From Octopus bimaculoides (Eukaryota), in NCBI RefSeq assembly GCF_001194135.2, contig NC_068986.1, positions 90,119,638 to 90,183,637 on the forward strand: DNA of 64,000 nucleotides. Reading direction: 5' to 3'. Positions 36,346 through 47,312 of the stretch are shown in pieces. Made by a program: the position numbers and the translations under genes. The notes under the pieces were generated by a model. The model saw only the letters and a list, made by a program, of their open reading frames with translations, searched no databases and was not told the origin of the DNA. Each line of letters begins with the position of its first letter. Position 1 is the stretch's first letter.

Positions 36346-38950
36346 TTTGATTTGATTTGATTTGATTTCATTTGCCTCAATAGGTCTTTGCAAGCAAAGT
36401 TTATTGTCCAATGAATGAGGGGTACTCATAAGTGGGCTGGTTACACCCGACACTTGGATGTGCTTTTAACATTCTACTGGCATGAGTGCCTATATATAAT
36501 AGGCTTCAACAGTTTTCATCTACCAAATTCACACACAAGGCATTAGTCAGCTCAGAGCTATAGTAGATGACACTTGATCAGGGTGCCATGCAGTGGGATT
36601 GAATTCAAAACAATGTGTTTACAATGCAAGCTTCCTAATCACACAACTATGTCTGTGCCTATTATAAAAATTCTTTGAGCTGGTAATTTTACTCCTGCTT
36701 CTGAAGAATTAGTGGATAAAAAAAATATCTAATTTCTTCGAGTAATTTTCCCCAAAATGTCTGCTACATACTCCAAAATATACATCTCATCAGCATCCAA
36801 CAACTTCTTTTTGCAGTGACTCTCTCAGTTTTTTACATTGTCCATGGCCCACATATTTAGATCATATTCCTTTTTTTTATTCGCTTGGTCATTTTAGGTC
36901 TTTTTTTTTATATTTGTCTGTACTGGTGCAGGCTGGTTGGATACTTATTTGAGGCATTATTTTTAAGCCTGGATTCTATTCTTGTCATCAAATCTTTCAT
37001 GTAATGAATATTTTATTGCACTATTTTGAAACTGCAGAGCTGTGGAATGTTGCGTTGACTGAGAATGTAAACACAACCACACCAACTTTTGCTCAGTTGA
37101 TTTCATGTGGGAAGTGTAAATTACAACTTTCATGTACACACGTATATGTGCAAATACACACACACATGCACAATGGGCCTCCATGCAGTTCTGTCTACTA
37201 GTTACACCTAAAAAGCACTGGTTGGGCCAAGTAGTTGTAAAAGACTCTGGTGCTACACAATGGGACTGAACTTAAGACTGTGATTGTAGAGTAAACTTCT
37301 TAAGCACATGACCATTCCTGTACCTGTGGCTACATCTGCAAAAAATATCTTATTTCCTTTGGCAATCATGACACAAAAGACTATCTAAAATCTATCAGCT
37401 GCTCACCCATAGATAAGTTAAAAGTGAAAAAGGAAAAATTTGATGTTCAGAGAGAACACCTCAGTAACCCGCTCATGGTCTGCAACCCAGCTGTTACTGA
37501 TGTCAGGATTACATAATACACTATGCTGACAACATTCAAGATTTAATTTCACTCAGTGGAAAAGTATATATATATATTTTTTTGCACTTAAGAGAGCAAA
37601 GCCTGCAGCTATGTCTGGGTGGTTAAGAAATTCACTTCACAAATGTGTCCTTCCAAGTTTAATTTCATTGTGCAGTACCTTGGGCAAGTTTTGAGTAACC
37701 TTGTGAGTGAAATTTGGTAGATGGAAACTATGTGGAAGCTTGTTTGAGGGACTGTTCTTGTTGTTGGGTGGGTAGATTTAATTTGTTGCTTGGTTTAGCA
37801 CATCCATCTAGCACATTGTGTACATTTAATAGAGCCCATTCTGTTGTTAGCATTTATGAGGGTAATGTTCTTCTCCCCACCAATCTTGGATGTCCTAATA
37901 AAGGATCACAGGTAAGAAATTTGAACTCCTGACCATGCTGGTGACATGTAAAAAAACACTCACTACACTCTATAAAGTTGTTGCTATTAGGAAGGGCATC
38001 GAACTGTAGAGACCAAGCTAAAACAGATGACAGGAGCCTGGTGCAGCTCTGACTTATCAGTTCCAATCAAACTAATCCATGCAGCATGGAGAACAGATGT
38101 TAAATGATGGTGGTGATGATGATGACCTGGATTATTACTCAGTCATTTTTCGATTTGTGTAGGTACAGATATAACTGTATTGTTACAAAATCTGCTTCGA
38201 AGCCACATAATTTCAGATTTAGTCCCACTGTACTGCATCTTGGGTAAGTATCTTCTGCTCTGACCCCTGGCCAGCCAGAACCTTGTGAGTGAATTTGATA
38301 AATGGAAACAGCTTAGTTGACTGGACTGATTATAATTAGGCAAGATGGCCATTAACATACTACTATGAACTGTAATACCTACACTGCTTACCTACTTAAC
38401 ACCTAAGCCAGACTAAGAAACAGAATGACTGGATCAAGAGTAAGTGGGGCATGCCTTGATAGGGTAGTAGGTAGTCAATAAGTAGAATGGATTTATAGAT
38501 AGCTAAGCAACTGGTTAGTTTTATCAGTACAAAAAATTAGGTATGTTAAGTTTGATATATTGTTTTGAAAGTGGGTAGATTAGGTACATATGAAGTATAT
38601 GGGGGACATAGATTATGTGAGTGGGCTGATTAAGATAGGTTACCAGAGGAGAAATCTATGAGACTTTGTTGCTTACCTATTATTAGAAATAGCTAACTGG
38701 AGATAGTAGGTAAGGTAATCCATTAGCCTGAAGTCATTAGTGCAAGTATTTTCTTGAGGTAAGGTGAACAGAAATAATCCTGAAAATTAAGGAATGTTTA
38801 GGATTTTGTGTTAAGTACCACTGTTAAACTTTTTAAGTTGTTAAGAATGCCCACGTATGTGTGTGTGTGTGTGTGCATGCGTGCACACACACACACACTC
38901 ATGCACTACACATGTATACACATTTATACATATATATATTTATATATATA

Positions 38951-39355
38951 CAGTAAAACCTTGAGGTACTAGTGCACCATTGTATGAGTAATTTGCTGTA
39001 TGGGCCGAGGCTTGTGCAAATTTTTGTCTTGAAGAACAAGTGGAAATTTTCAGTATGAGTGAGTTTCATACAAGCAACTGCTGGTTGGTGCTGAGCTCAC
39101 ACACATGCTCTCCCAACAAGCGCAGCCTCTGCTCGCTCAGTTAACGCGTTTATCCCTATTGTATTTTCCCCAGTGTTTTGTTTAGTTTTGTGCATTTTTT
39201 TGCTATTTTATAATGATTTGTTGTGTTAGTCATGGATCCTGAGAAAGTTAGTGCAAAGGACAGTGCTGAGAAGAAGAAGAAGCTGATTACGATAGGATTG
39301 AAGAAGGAAATCATTGATAAACGTGTGTGTGTGGGTGTGTGTGTGACTGAAACTC
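38951..39355 (+). mobile_element. Tigger/pogo DNA transposon 5' fragment (left TIR + transposase N-terminus from ATG 39232)
   Basis: TA|CAGTAAAACCTTG terminus. MDPEKVSAKDSAEKKKKLITIGLKKEIIDK..GVCVTE resembles Tigger transposase CENP-B-type HTH N-termini. Confidence 0.78.
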
Positions 39356-39404
39356 ATTTACAACTACCATCTGATGTCAAGGCAATGAGACAAGCATACA
39401 CACA

Positions 39405-39668
39405 ATACATACATACATACATACATACATGCATACATGCATGCATGCATGCATGCATACATACATACATACATTCGTGCATACATCCATACATACATAC
39501 ATTCATGCATACATACATGCATGCATGCATACATACATGCATGCATGCATGCATGCATACATACATACATGCATGCATGCATACATGCATGCATGCATAC
39601 ATTCATGCATGCATACATACATGCATGCATACATACATGCATTCATTCATTCATTCATGCATGCATAT
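39405..39668. repeat. Compound (ATAC)n/(ATGC)n/(ATTC)n tetranucleotide microsatellite
   Basis: Direct reading. Confidence 0.95.
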
Positions 39669-41033
39669 ATGACAGGTTTCTTTCAGTTTCTGTTTGCCAA
39701 ATCCACTTGTGTATAAGCAATGTTGATTATTTCCAGTCTTCTGTGAAAACATATCTGGACATGAGAGAAGATTTCCTTGTTTGGTGATAGGAAGAGCATC
39801 CAACTGTTGATAAATTGCCTGTGAATGTCATCTGACCAATGCAAGCATAGAAAAGTAGACGTTCAAAAATCATAACGATGATGTTGATAGCTTTATTATG
39901 TTTCAGAATGTTATCATTTGTTGCTGTTAAGGTGGCAAGCACAATGGACAAATGCTTGGCATTTGGTCTGTCTTCACATTTCTGAGTTGAAATTTTGCTG
40001 AGGTCAACATTGCTTTTCATCCTTTTGAGGCCCCATAAAATAAGAACCAGTTGAGCACTGGCGTTGATGTAATCAGCTACCCCATCCTACCGAAATTTCA
40101 GGCCTTGTGCTTATAGTAGAAAGGGTTGTTGTTGTTGTTAAGTGAAACATTAAAATCTAATGTAATGGATTATTGTAGATTATATACTCTTGTGGTAGTT
40201 GTTTTATACATATTTGAGTTTGAAGTCAACTTAGGTGCCCAAATCATGATGTGTATTATACCTGTTACTATTATTATATATGGATTTTTGTCATATATAG
40301 TTTGAGAAATTGAAGTCACATGAAGTCAGTTATTTACAGTTTATCTTGTTAACTATTTAATGATAATAATATCAATCGTACAATACTGAGTATCCTTGTC
40401 TCAACCACCTCTGCCCTACCATCTCTGTATCTAAGTGTTTTTCTTTGAACTAATCTATTTTGATAACTTCAAGTAGGTCACTTGTTATCTGAACACCTTA
40501 TTGATAGCAAATAACAGTATTTTTCCATGTGTTTCCTCTCATATAGTTATATATATTTTCTTTTTGTTTGTTTGCTGTTGTTGGTTTATAGCCTCAGGTT
40601 ATTTATGATCCAGAAGACTTATGATCATAAGCATTCCAGTTGTGACCATCAACCCACCCTGTCTTAGATATCTAGGGCTACATTACACTGGTCTGTAAAC
40701 AATTTCAAAGTGAAGGCAGTTTTAGGCTAATTTTAGTGGAAAGGCACTGATTCCAAATAAATCATCAGATTTTGTGTACCATATCAACTTTAACTACTAA
40801 GCACCATAGGACAGGAATATAAAACTATCTACTTTTGGCATTTTAAGAAAATTACAGATGGTGTTAATTCTTTGTTTCAGACCATTCTGTTTCATCTGAA
40901 ATTGAAGTAGTTTCTACAAAATATTTTTAAAGATAAAAGTCAAGTTAATTTCTTACATTGCCTATAATAATACCACACCCACCTAGTTACCATATTACAG
41001 TGAAAGAGTCCAAGAGCAATCCTGTAAGATTAA

Positions 41034-41253
41034 CCCTTTAGCATTCAGCTTTCTCTGACAAATATAATGCTTATTTATTCACATTTTATATAATTGATCA
41101 TGTATTATCTCATAGCTTAGAAATTTCAAAGATGTGATTGCTTATTTTTAGAATGACATTGCAGAGTATGTGCGAGATGCTGAATCTGGCCAGTTTGAAC
41201 ATAGAACAGGTAGAATATTTGGGCCAGATATGGCCAGTTTGAATGCTAAAGGG
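41034..41253. mobile_element. piggyBac-type MITE
   Basis: TIR CCCTTTAGCATTCA / TGAATGCTAAAGGG with TTAA TSDs (41030-41033, 41254-41257). Confidence 0.88.
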
Positions 41254-43169
41254 TTAAGGATCTTTCTAGATTTGGTAGAAGGGAAGGGGGCAAGTTGATC
41301 ACATCCATGCTCAACTGGTGCTTATTTTATCGACCCCAAAAGGATGAAAGGCAGAGTCAGCCGTAGCAGCTAATAACAAAAACAAATGCCTACATCATCA
41401 CCATAAAGCATACAGGACATTATAGTGTAAAAAAAAAAAAAAGCATTTTCCAGATTAACTTTTGAAAACAGAGAAAGTATCTGCCCTAGGTTCTTAAGAT
41501 ACAGGTAACAATTGTTATAACTTGAGAAAGGCTCTAAAGGAAGTAAACTCTTCTTTATGAAGATTAGCCTGCAAACTTTGAAAAGTCTTGGAAGTGGGAC
41601 TACAAACAGTTAGATAATTTTCTTAGGCTTACTTGTATACAATGCTAATCTAGGATAGTGCTTTATTGTTAAGCACAGGCGCTTTCTTATTTATTCCAGC
41701 ATTAGCTTGTTGTATCTTCATGTAGTCAAGCCCAAGGAAAATTTTCATTCTCTATTTCTAGTTTGTTTGTCATTACCAAGTCAAAGTTGTAATCTAATAT
41801 TATCAATACTAGAGAGTGTATGAAGTATCAGCACAACCCAGATATCTTGTGTTATATTTGTGCAGTGGCAACTTGATACAGAATTTTGTCTGAAGTGCAT
41901 ATTTCATGTATTTTGGAGTAAAATTGGGTGATCAAAACTAACTATGGGCCTCTCCTTCTGTTAGCTGAAATTGTGTTGCATTTAATGCAATGCCTTAGCA
42001 ATGATGTTGTTTTACACTGTGTAAACATTGTTGAGACATATGAGAAGACCTAACCACATACAGTATGCACTCAAAACGCATTCACCCCACCCCACAACTG
42101 GCTTCTATACAATTTTCGTAGACTAGTTTCACTTGCAAGCCATTGGTCTGCTTGGGGCTATAATAGACATTTGCCCACATTACTATCCTGTGAGAATGAA
42201 CCCAAAATTATGCGTTTGCAAAACTGACTTTTTGACCATATAGTCATATCCTATTACTGACTTGTGAAGTTATCAAACAGTGTCTGTAATGTGTATGACA
42301 GATCCAGAGTATCTGTTACTTGTAGGACACATCTCAAGCTTCTGTTTCATGTACAACTGATCTGGTTATTGGCCAAGTTTATCATGCAGATTCCTCTACT
42401 GTCTTCCTTTGACGGGGTTTGTCTTGGCTTTGGTGGACAAAATTGAGAGAATGAAGGCTAAGTTTTCATCATTTTTTTCAAGTGCCACTTTTTTTAAGAG
42501 TAAATAGGGAAATATTGCTCATCTGAAAACTTGCTGACAAATGGAAGAGAATGGCATGAATGGTTTCAGTGGAATTGATCTGCTCTGAAAATATGCTTGT
42601 AGGTTTGAATTTTGGAAAGTTGAATTTTGGAAAGGTCACTTACCTTGTTAATTAAGCTAGTTTGTTTTGTAAAGGAGTTTTCTTAACTGGACCTAGGTGG
42701 CTGACCCCTTTTGGAATACACACTCACTTTTATATATAATGATGGTGTTACATAAGATGTGCAGCCAGTACATTCTGTAAAGTGGTTGGTATAAGGAAGT
42801 GTACTCACCCTTAAAAACCAAAAAAGAAACAAATGGTGAGATGTTGGCCTCCAACCCATTTTGCTGCGTAGTACCTCAGAATAGGTGCTAACTTTGGCTA
42901 TGATAATTCATGACAACATGGAAAACAAAGGTAAAATTGTGGTGATGATATATTTTCAGTTATGAAATTGACATCAATGGTTTCATACAACTGATATATC
43001 AGCCACTCACAAAGTATTGATCAGCCAAAGATTATAATAGAATTCATTCGTTTATAGTACTGTATTGCTGAAATGAACCCAAAATTTGCAGTTGTAAAAT
43101 TAACATCTCAACCACAAAACCATACACCTGAATATTGCTTGTGATGTGTAGGACAGACCCAGAGCTTCT

Positions 43170-43702
43170 CAAACTTGTGGGATAGTACTATATTTTATTG
43201 ACCTGGAAAGGATGAAAGGCAAAGTTGATTGCAACAGAATTTTGACTCAGAATGTATAGAGCCAGAAGAAATACTGCAAGGCATTTTGTCCAATGTTCTA
43301 ACAAATCTGTCGATCCAACACCCCGAGAAAGTTGTAAAATATGCAGACTTGTGAATAAATGTTGAGAGAATGTGGAATATAAAAGCAACAGCTGGAAGAA
43401 ATTCTGTTAATCATTTTGTTTGATATGCTAGCAATTCTGCCAAATCACTACTTTAATAATAATGATAATATTATTATTTATAATGACTTCATATTTTAGT
43501 GTAAAGCCAGCGATATTTAGAGGAAGGAATAAGTCAATTACATTAACCCCCCAGTACTTGACTGGTACTTTACTTTATTGACCCTTTAAAGATGAAAGGC
43601 AAATTTGATCTCTGTAGAATTTGAACTTAGAATGTAAAGCACTGGAAGAAATGCTGCTAAGTATTTCATCCAATATAGAAACAAGTCTGACAGCTTGACA
43701 CT

Positions 43703-43734
<32 letters not shown>

Positions 43735-44200
43735 CATAATAATAATGATCTTTCCTGCTCTAGACACAAGGCCTGTATTTTTTTTTATGTGGGGAGGGGA
43801 CTAGTTGATTACATCAATCCCAGTACTTGACTTGTTCTTATTTCTTTGACCCTGGAAGAGTGAAAGGTGAGGTCGACCTCAGCAGAATTTGAATTCAGAT
43901 CGTAAAGCCAGAAGAAATGTCACTAAGCATTTTGTTTGGTGTACTAACGATTCTGCCAGCTTACCATCTTTTATAATGATAATAATAATAATAACTGTTT
44001 CTACTATAGGCATAAGGCCTGGAGGTCTGTGGCGAGGGGCTAGTCAGCTACATCGACTGATACTTATTTTTACAACCCCAAAAAGATGAAAGGGCAAAAT
44101 TGATCTTTGTGGAATTTGAACTTAGAACATAAGGTCCGCAGAAATGTTGCTAAGTATTTAGTCTGGTGTGTTAATGATTCTGCCAGCTTACTGCCTTGAT
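43170..44200 (-). mobile_element. Cluster of four head-to-tail SINE family C copies separated by (AAT)n
   Basis: Repeated GATGAAAGGC...GAATTTGAAC(T)CAGA...GATTCTGCCAGCT modules at about 43170, 43480, 43750 and 43990. Confidence 0.75.
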
Positions 44201-44399
44201 AGTAATAATAATAATAATAATTGTTTTCGTTATTAATCACTAAGGGTTCACAAGTAACATTGGGGACAATGCAAAATAATACAATGTGGGGTTATATGAA
44301 AGGTGTGTAAAAAGTAAATAAAACTAGCAAAATACTAATTTTAACAGTGAACGATTCTCCAAATGAAGGGGAGAGTTCCTAAGGCTGCCTGTGGAAACC

Positions 44400-44760
44400 C
44401 CACAAAACCGCAGAGGTCCTTACCACTAAGGCAAGTGCTCTCTCCACATTGTCTACAGGCACATGTTTAGAGTAGGTCTGATCACTTGAACCATTCTTTC
44501 CACATTCACCCACCTTTCAACAAATTTGCTGGGGTGGTGGGGGCAGCACATTCCTTTCTCCCCTCACTTTACTTTTTCAAGTGAAACTTGAAAAAGTTGA
44601 TGAGGGTTTGGCCAAAGAGGAAAGTGTCTGTCTTCAGTCCTTTCAATCTGGTCCACCACACAACCTCTTTTGTTAAGGTCAATAGACAAAGAAACATTGC
44701 CTGCCCTTCCCGGCCAAAGAAAGACAGCGGAAAGATCTTCACAAGGGACTCTCTCATTAT
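44400..44760 (-). mobile_element. Tx1/L1-clade LINE ORF2 3' fragment
   Basis: Minus-strand FLCLLTLTKEVVWWTRLKGLKTDTFLFGQTLINFFKFHLKK resembles Tx1-type ORF2 C-termini. Confidence 0.65.
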
Positions 44761-44996
44761 TTTTGATATTATTAATATTGCATACAGGTAGGAGAGTAAA
44801 AGAAATAGTTGTGTGCCAGGTTCAATTCCTTGTGTAGTTTATGTTAGAAAAATCAGTTCCATCCATGTACTAATGTACTGGTGTTGGTGTGGGGGAATTT
44901 CAAAGGACAGAACTTTTTCCTTTCTCTGTACTTTTGTTTGCCTCATGCGTATGTGAAAAGATTAATGTTAATGATTTTTGTTATTATTAATTTCAG

Positions 44997-45358
44997 GGTA
45001 TTGGAGAATTGGAGTGGCAACGTGACCATGGATTACCTGGGGATAGACAAGATGGCGCACTGTCGCCAAGCAAGAACATTAATCACAACAATGCATTTCA
45101 CCATAAGGAAAGGTTACCGGTGGAGGGTAACATTATTATTGAACCACAACTTGTGATGGACACAACAGGTAGTGTTGTAAACATACAACAAATGGACAGT
45201 TCAGGTAAAGTGCACTGGAGTCAGTTTGATGCTGATAAATACATTGCCAAAAAGGCACTGAAACCAGGAGAGGACAGCTATGCTAGGAACAAATTTAATC
45301 AAGCTGCAAGTGATAGCGTCAAGATGACAAGGGATCTACCAGATGACCGAAATTATCA
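44997..45358 (+). CDS. GALNT2: GALNT2 coding exon 2 (stem region and start of catalytic domain); gene continues beyond this exon, downstream exons not found in window
   Basis: Acceptor TTTCAG|G (AG 44995-44996) and donor CA|GTAAGT (GT 45359). Translation GIGELEWQRDHG...[52 protein letters not shown] matches the GALNT2 motif GKVRWPDFNQEAY...[31 protein letters not shown]. Phase 0 start is compatible with exon 1. Confidence 0.95.
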
Positions 45359-45769
45359 GTAAGTTAACATTGTTTTTTCTCTTGTCGTACTAGAGCAGCG
45401 AAAGTGGAGAAAAATGGAGTGTGTTATGTTCTGAGTTTATAGTTTTGATGAGGTTGAGTTTTTGTAGGTCAACATCAACAGGAAAGACCTGAGCATAACA
45501 CTAAAGAGAAAGGCTAGTTTTTGGTATGTGGAGTTTCAAAACAAGAAATATCTTATGGCACCTATTCATTTCTTTTTACTCTCTCGATTTAAATCCTGCT
45601 GGAATGAACTTTAAATCTTCATCTTTCAATATTGATAAAATAAGTACCATTCAAGTAAAGACTTCACAGCCAGAAAATACTTCAGCCCCTTAACAACTTA
45701 CTTACACTTTACAAAGTTGAAGTGAGACCCACAATGAGGTACTTACTGTTCCAGATAGTGCTGCTACTA

Positions 45770-46000
45770 CACATTCAGAGATCTTAAACTATTCTCCACT
45801 CCCAACAAAATATAAAGCTACTCAACTGATTGGCATCAAGTTGATCACCGACATGCTCCAATCCCTGGGCCACAGATGATGTCTCCTCACTTTGCTGCCA
45901 TTACTGCAGTGGCTCTACAGAAATGGCTATAGTGTGCCAACCTTACGCAGGCTTAGATTTCATATCCAGCTGTAGTTGGTTCTTGTCTTTCATCTCTTTG
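45770..46000 (+). mobile_element. CR1/L2-like LINE ORF2 C-terminal remnant
   Basis: Degenerate KATQLIGIKLITDMLQSLGHR* motif. Confidence 0.5.
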
Positions 46001-46900
46001 AGGGCTGTTCAATTAATTACCAATCAAGTGCAAAGGTTGATTAAATCAGCTATATTTATCATTATTTTACATCTACTTTCCATACTTATGGCACTGCCTA
46101 TCAGCCAAGTCTATTGTGAAAAATTGACATGCAACCTTTCTTTGGGAAAGAAATACAGCCAGTCTTGGCAGTCGCAAAAGAAGTAGTGTGGTGAACTTTT
46201 CTGAATGGTTTAAAGGCAGGCATTTTCTTGTTTATCCAAGCTCTCTTATCATCTTCTTTAAGTGCCACTTAAAGAGAAAGGTGAGGGTTAAGGTGGTACT
46301 GCTTTCTTGTGTGGTTAATGAAAGTTGAGTGAGAGTGAGAGTGGCAACAGATGATGTTGAATGGGTCTACTCAGAGTATGCTTTCCTGAGTAAACAACTT
46401 TGTGTTTAAATGTTGGTGTTTTGTTTATCACCATTTTGAGCAAAACAGTGATGTTTACATTCCATGTTGACAAAGTGACCAGTCACTTTGTGTTTCCACT
46501 GACTTATGGAATCTGAAAACCCTTTACCTGAAAAACGGATGAGGTTGGTGACAGGAAGAGCATCCAGCAGTGAAATTCGGCTTCAAAATCAATTTCCATC
46601 AGAGCCATACTAGTATACAAAAATGAGCATTACACGAATAAACAAATGATCAAGTCATTCCAACAGGCTTCCCCACAGTTTCCCTCTACTCAGTTTCATT
46701 TACAAGGTTCGGATTGACCCAAGTCTACCGTGACACTTGCCTAAAGTTCAGTGGAATCAAACATGGAATGACATGATTGTAAAAGAAAAAGGTATGTGAT
46801 GTGTACAACTCACACACATACAGACACAAGCACCACACACACACACACACACACATGCATAACTACACATACAGACTGAGGTAACAGTTAAATACTCAAG

Positions 46901-47312
46901 ATAGGTGTAGGAGTGGCTGTGTGGTAAGTAGCTTGCTTACCAACCACATGGTTCCGGGTTCAGGCCCACTGCGTGGCACCTTGGGCAAGTGTCTTCTACT
47001 ATAGCCTCGGGCCGATCAAAGCCTTGTGAGTGGATTTGGTAGACGGAAACTGAAAGAAGCCCGTCGTATATATGTATATATATATGTATGTGTGTGTGTA
47101 TGTTTGTGTGTCTGTGGGTGTCCCCCCAACATCACTTGACAACCGATGCTGGTGTGTTTACGTCTCCATAACTTAGCAGTTCGGCAAAAGAGACCGATAG
47201 AATAAGTACTAGGCTTACAAAGAATAAGTCCTGGGGTCGATTTGCTCGACTAAAGGTGGTGCTCCAGCATGGCCACAGTCAAATGACTGAAACAAGTAAA
47301 AGAATAAAAGAG
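46901..47312 (+). mobile_element. SINE family A, full length, near-consensus
   Basis: A box 46914-46924, B box-like 46957-46967, internal microsatellite and tail with AAAGAAT repeats. Confidence 0.92.

Larger units (their letters stand above)
11032..44996 (+). other. GALNT2: GALNT2 intron 1 (~33,965 bp, GT-AG, phase 0)
   Basis: Canonical donor and acceptor with the reading frame preserved across the junction. No intervening coding exon was recognised, though a small one cannot be excluded by eye. Confidence 0.8.

Noticed and set aside
39354-39787. MHAC/CMHA-repeat ORFs on both strands
   Set aside because: Translations of a tetranucleotide microsatellite.
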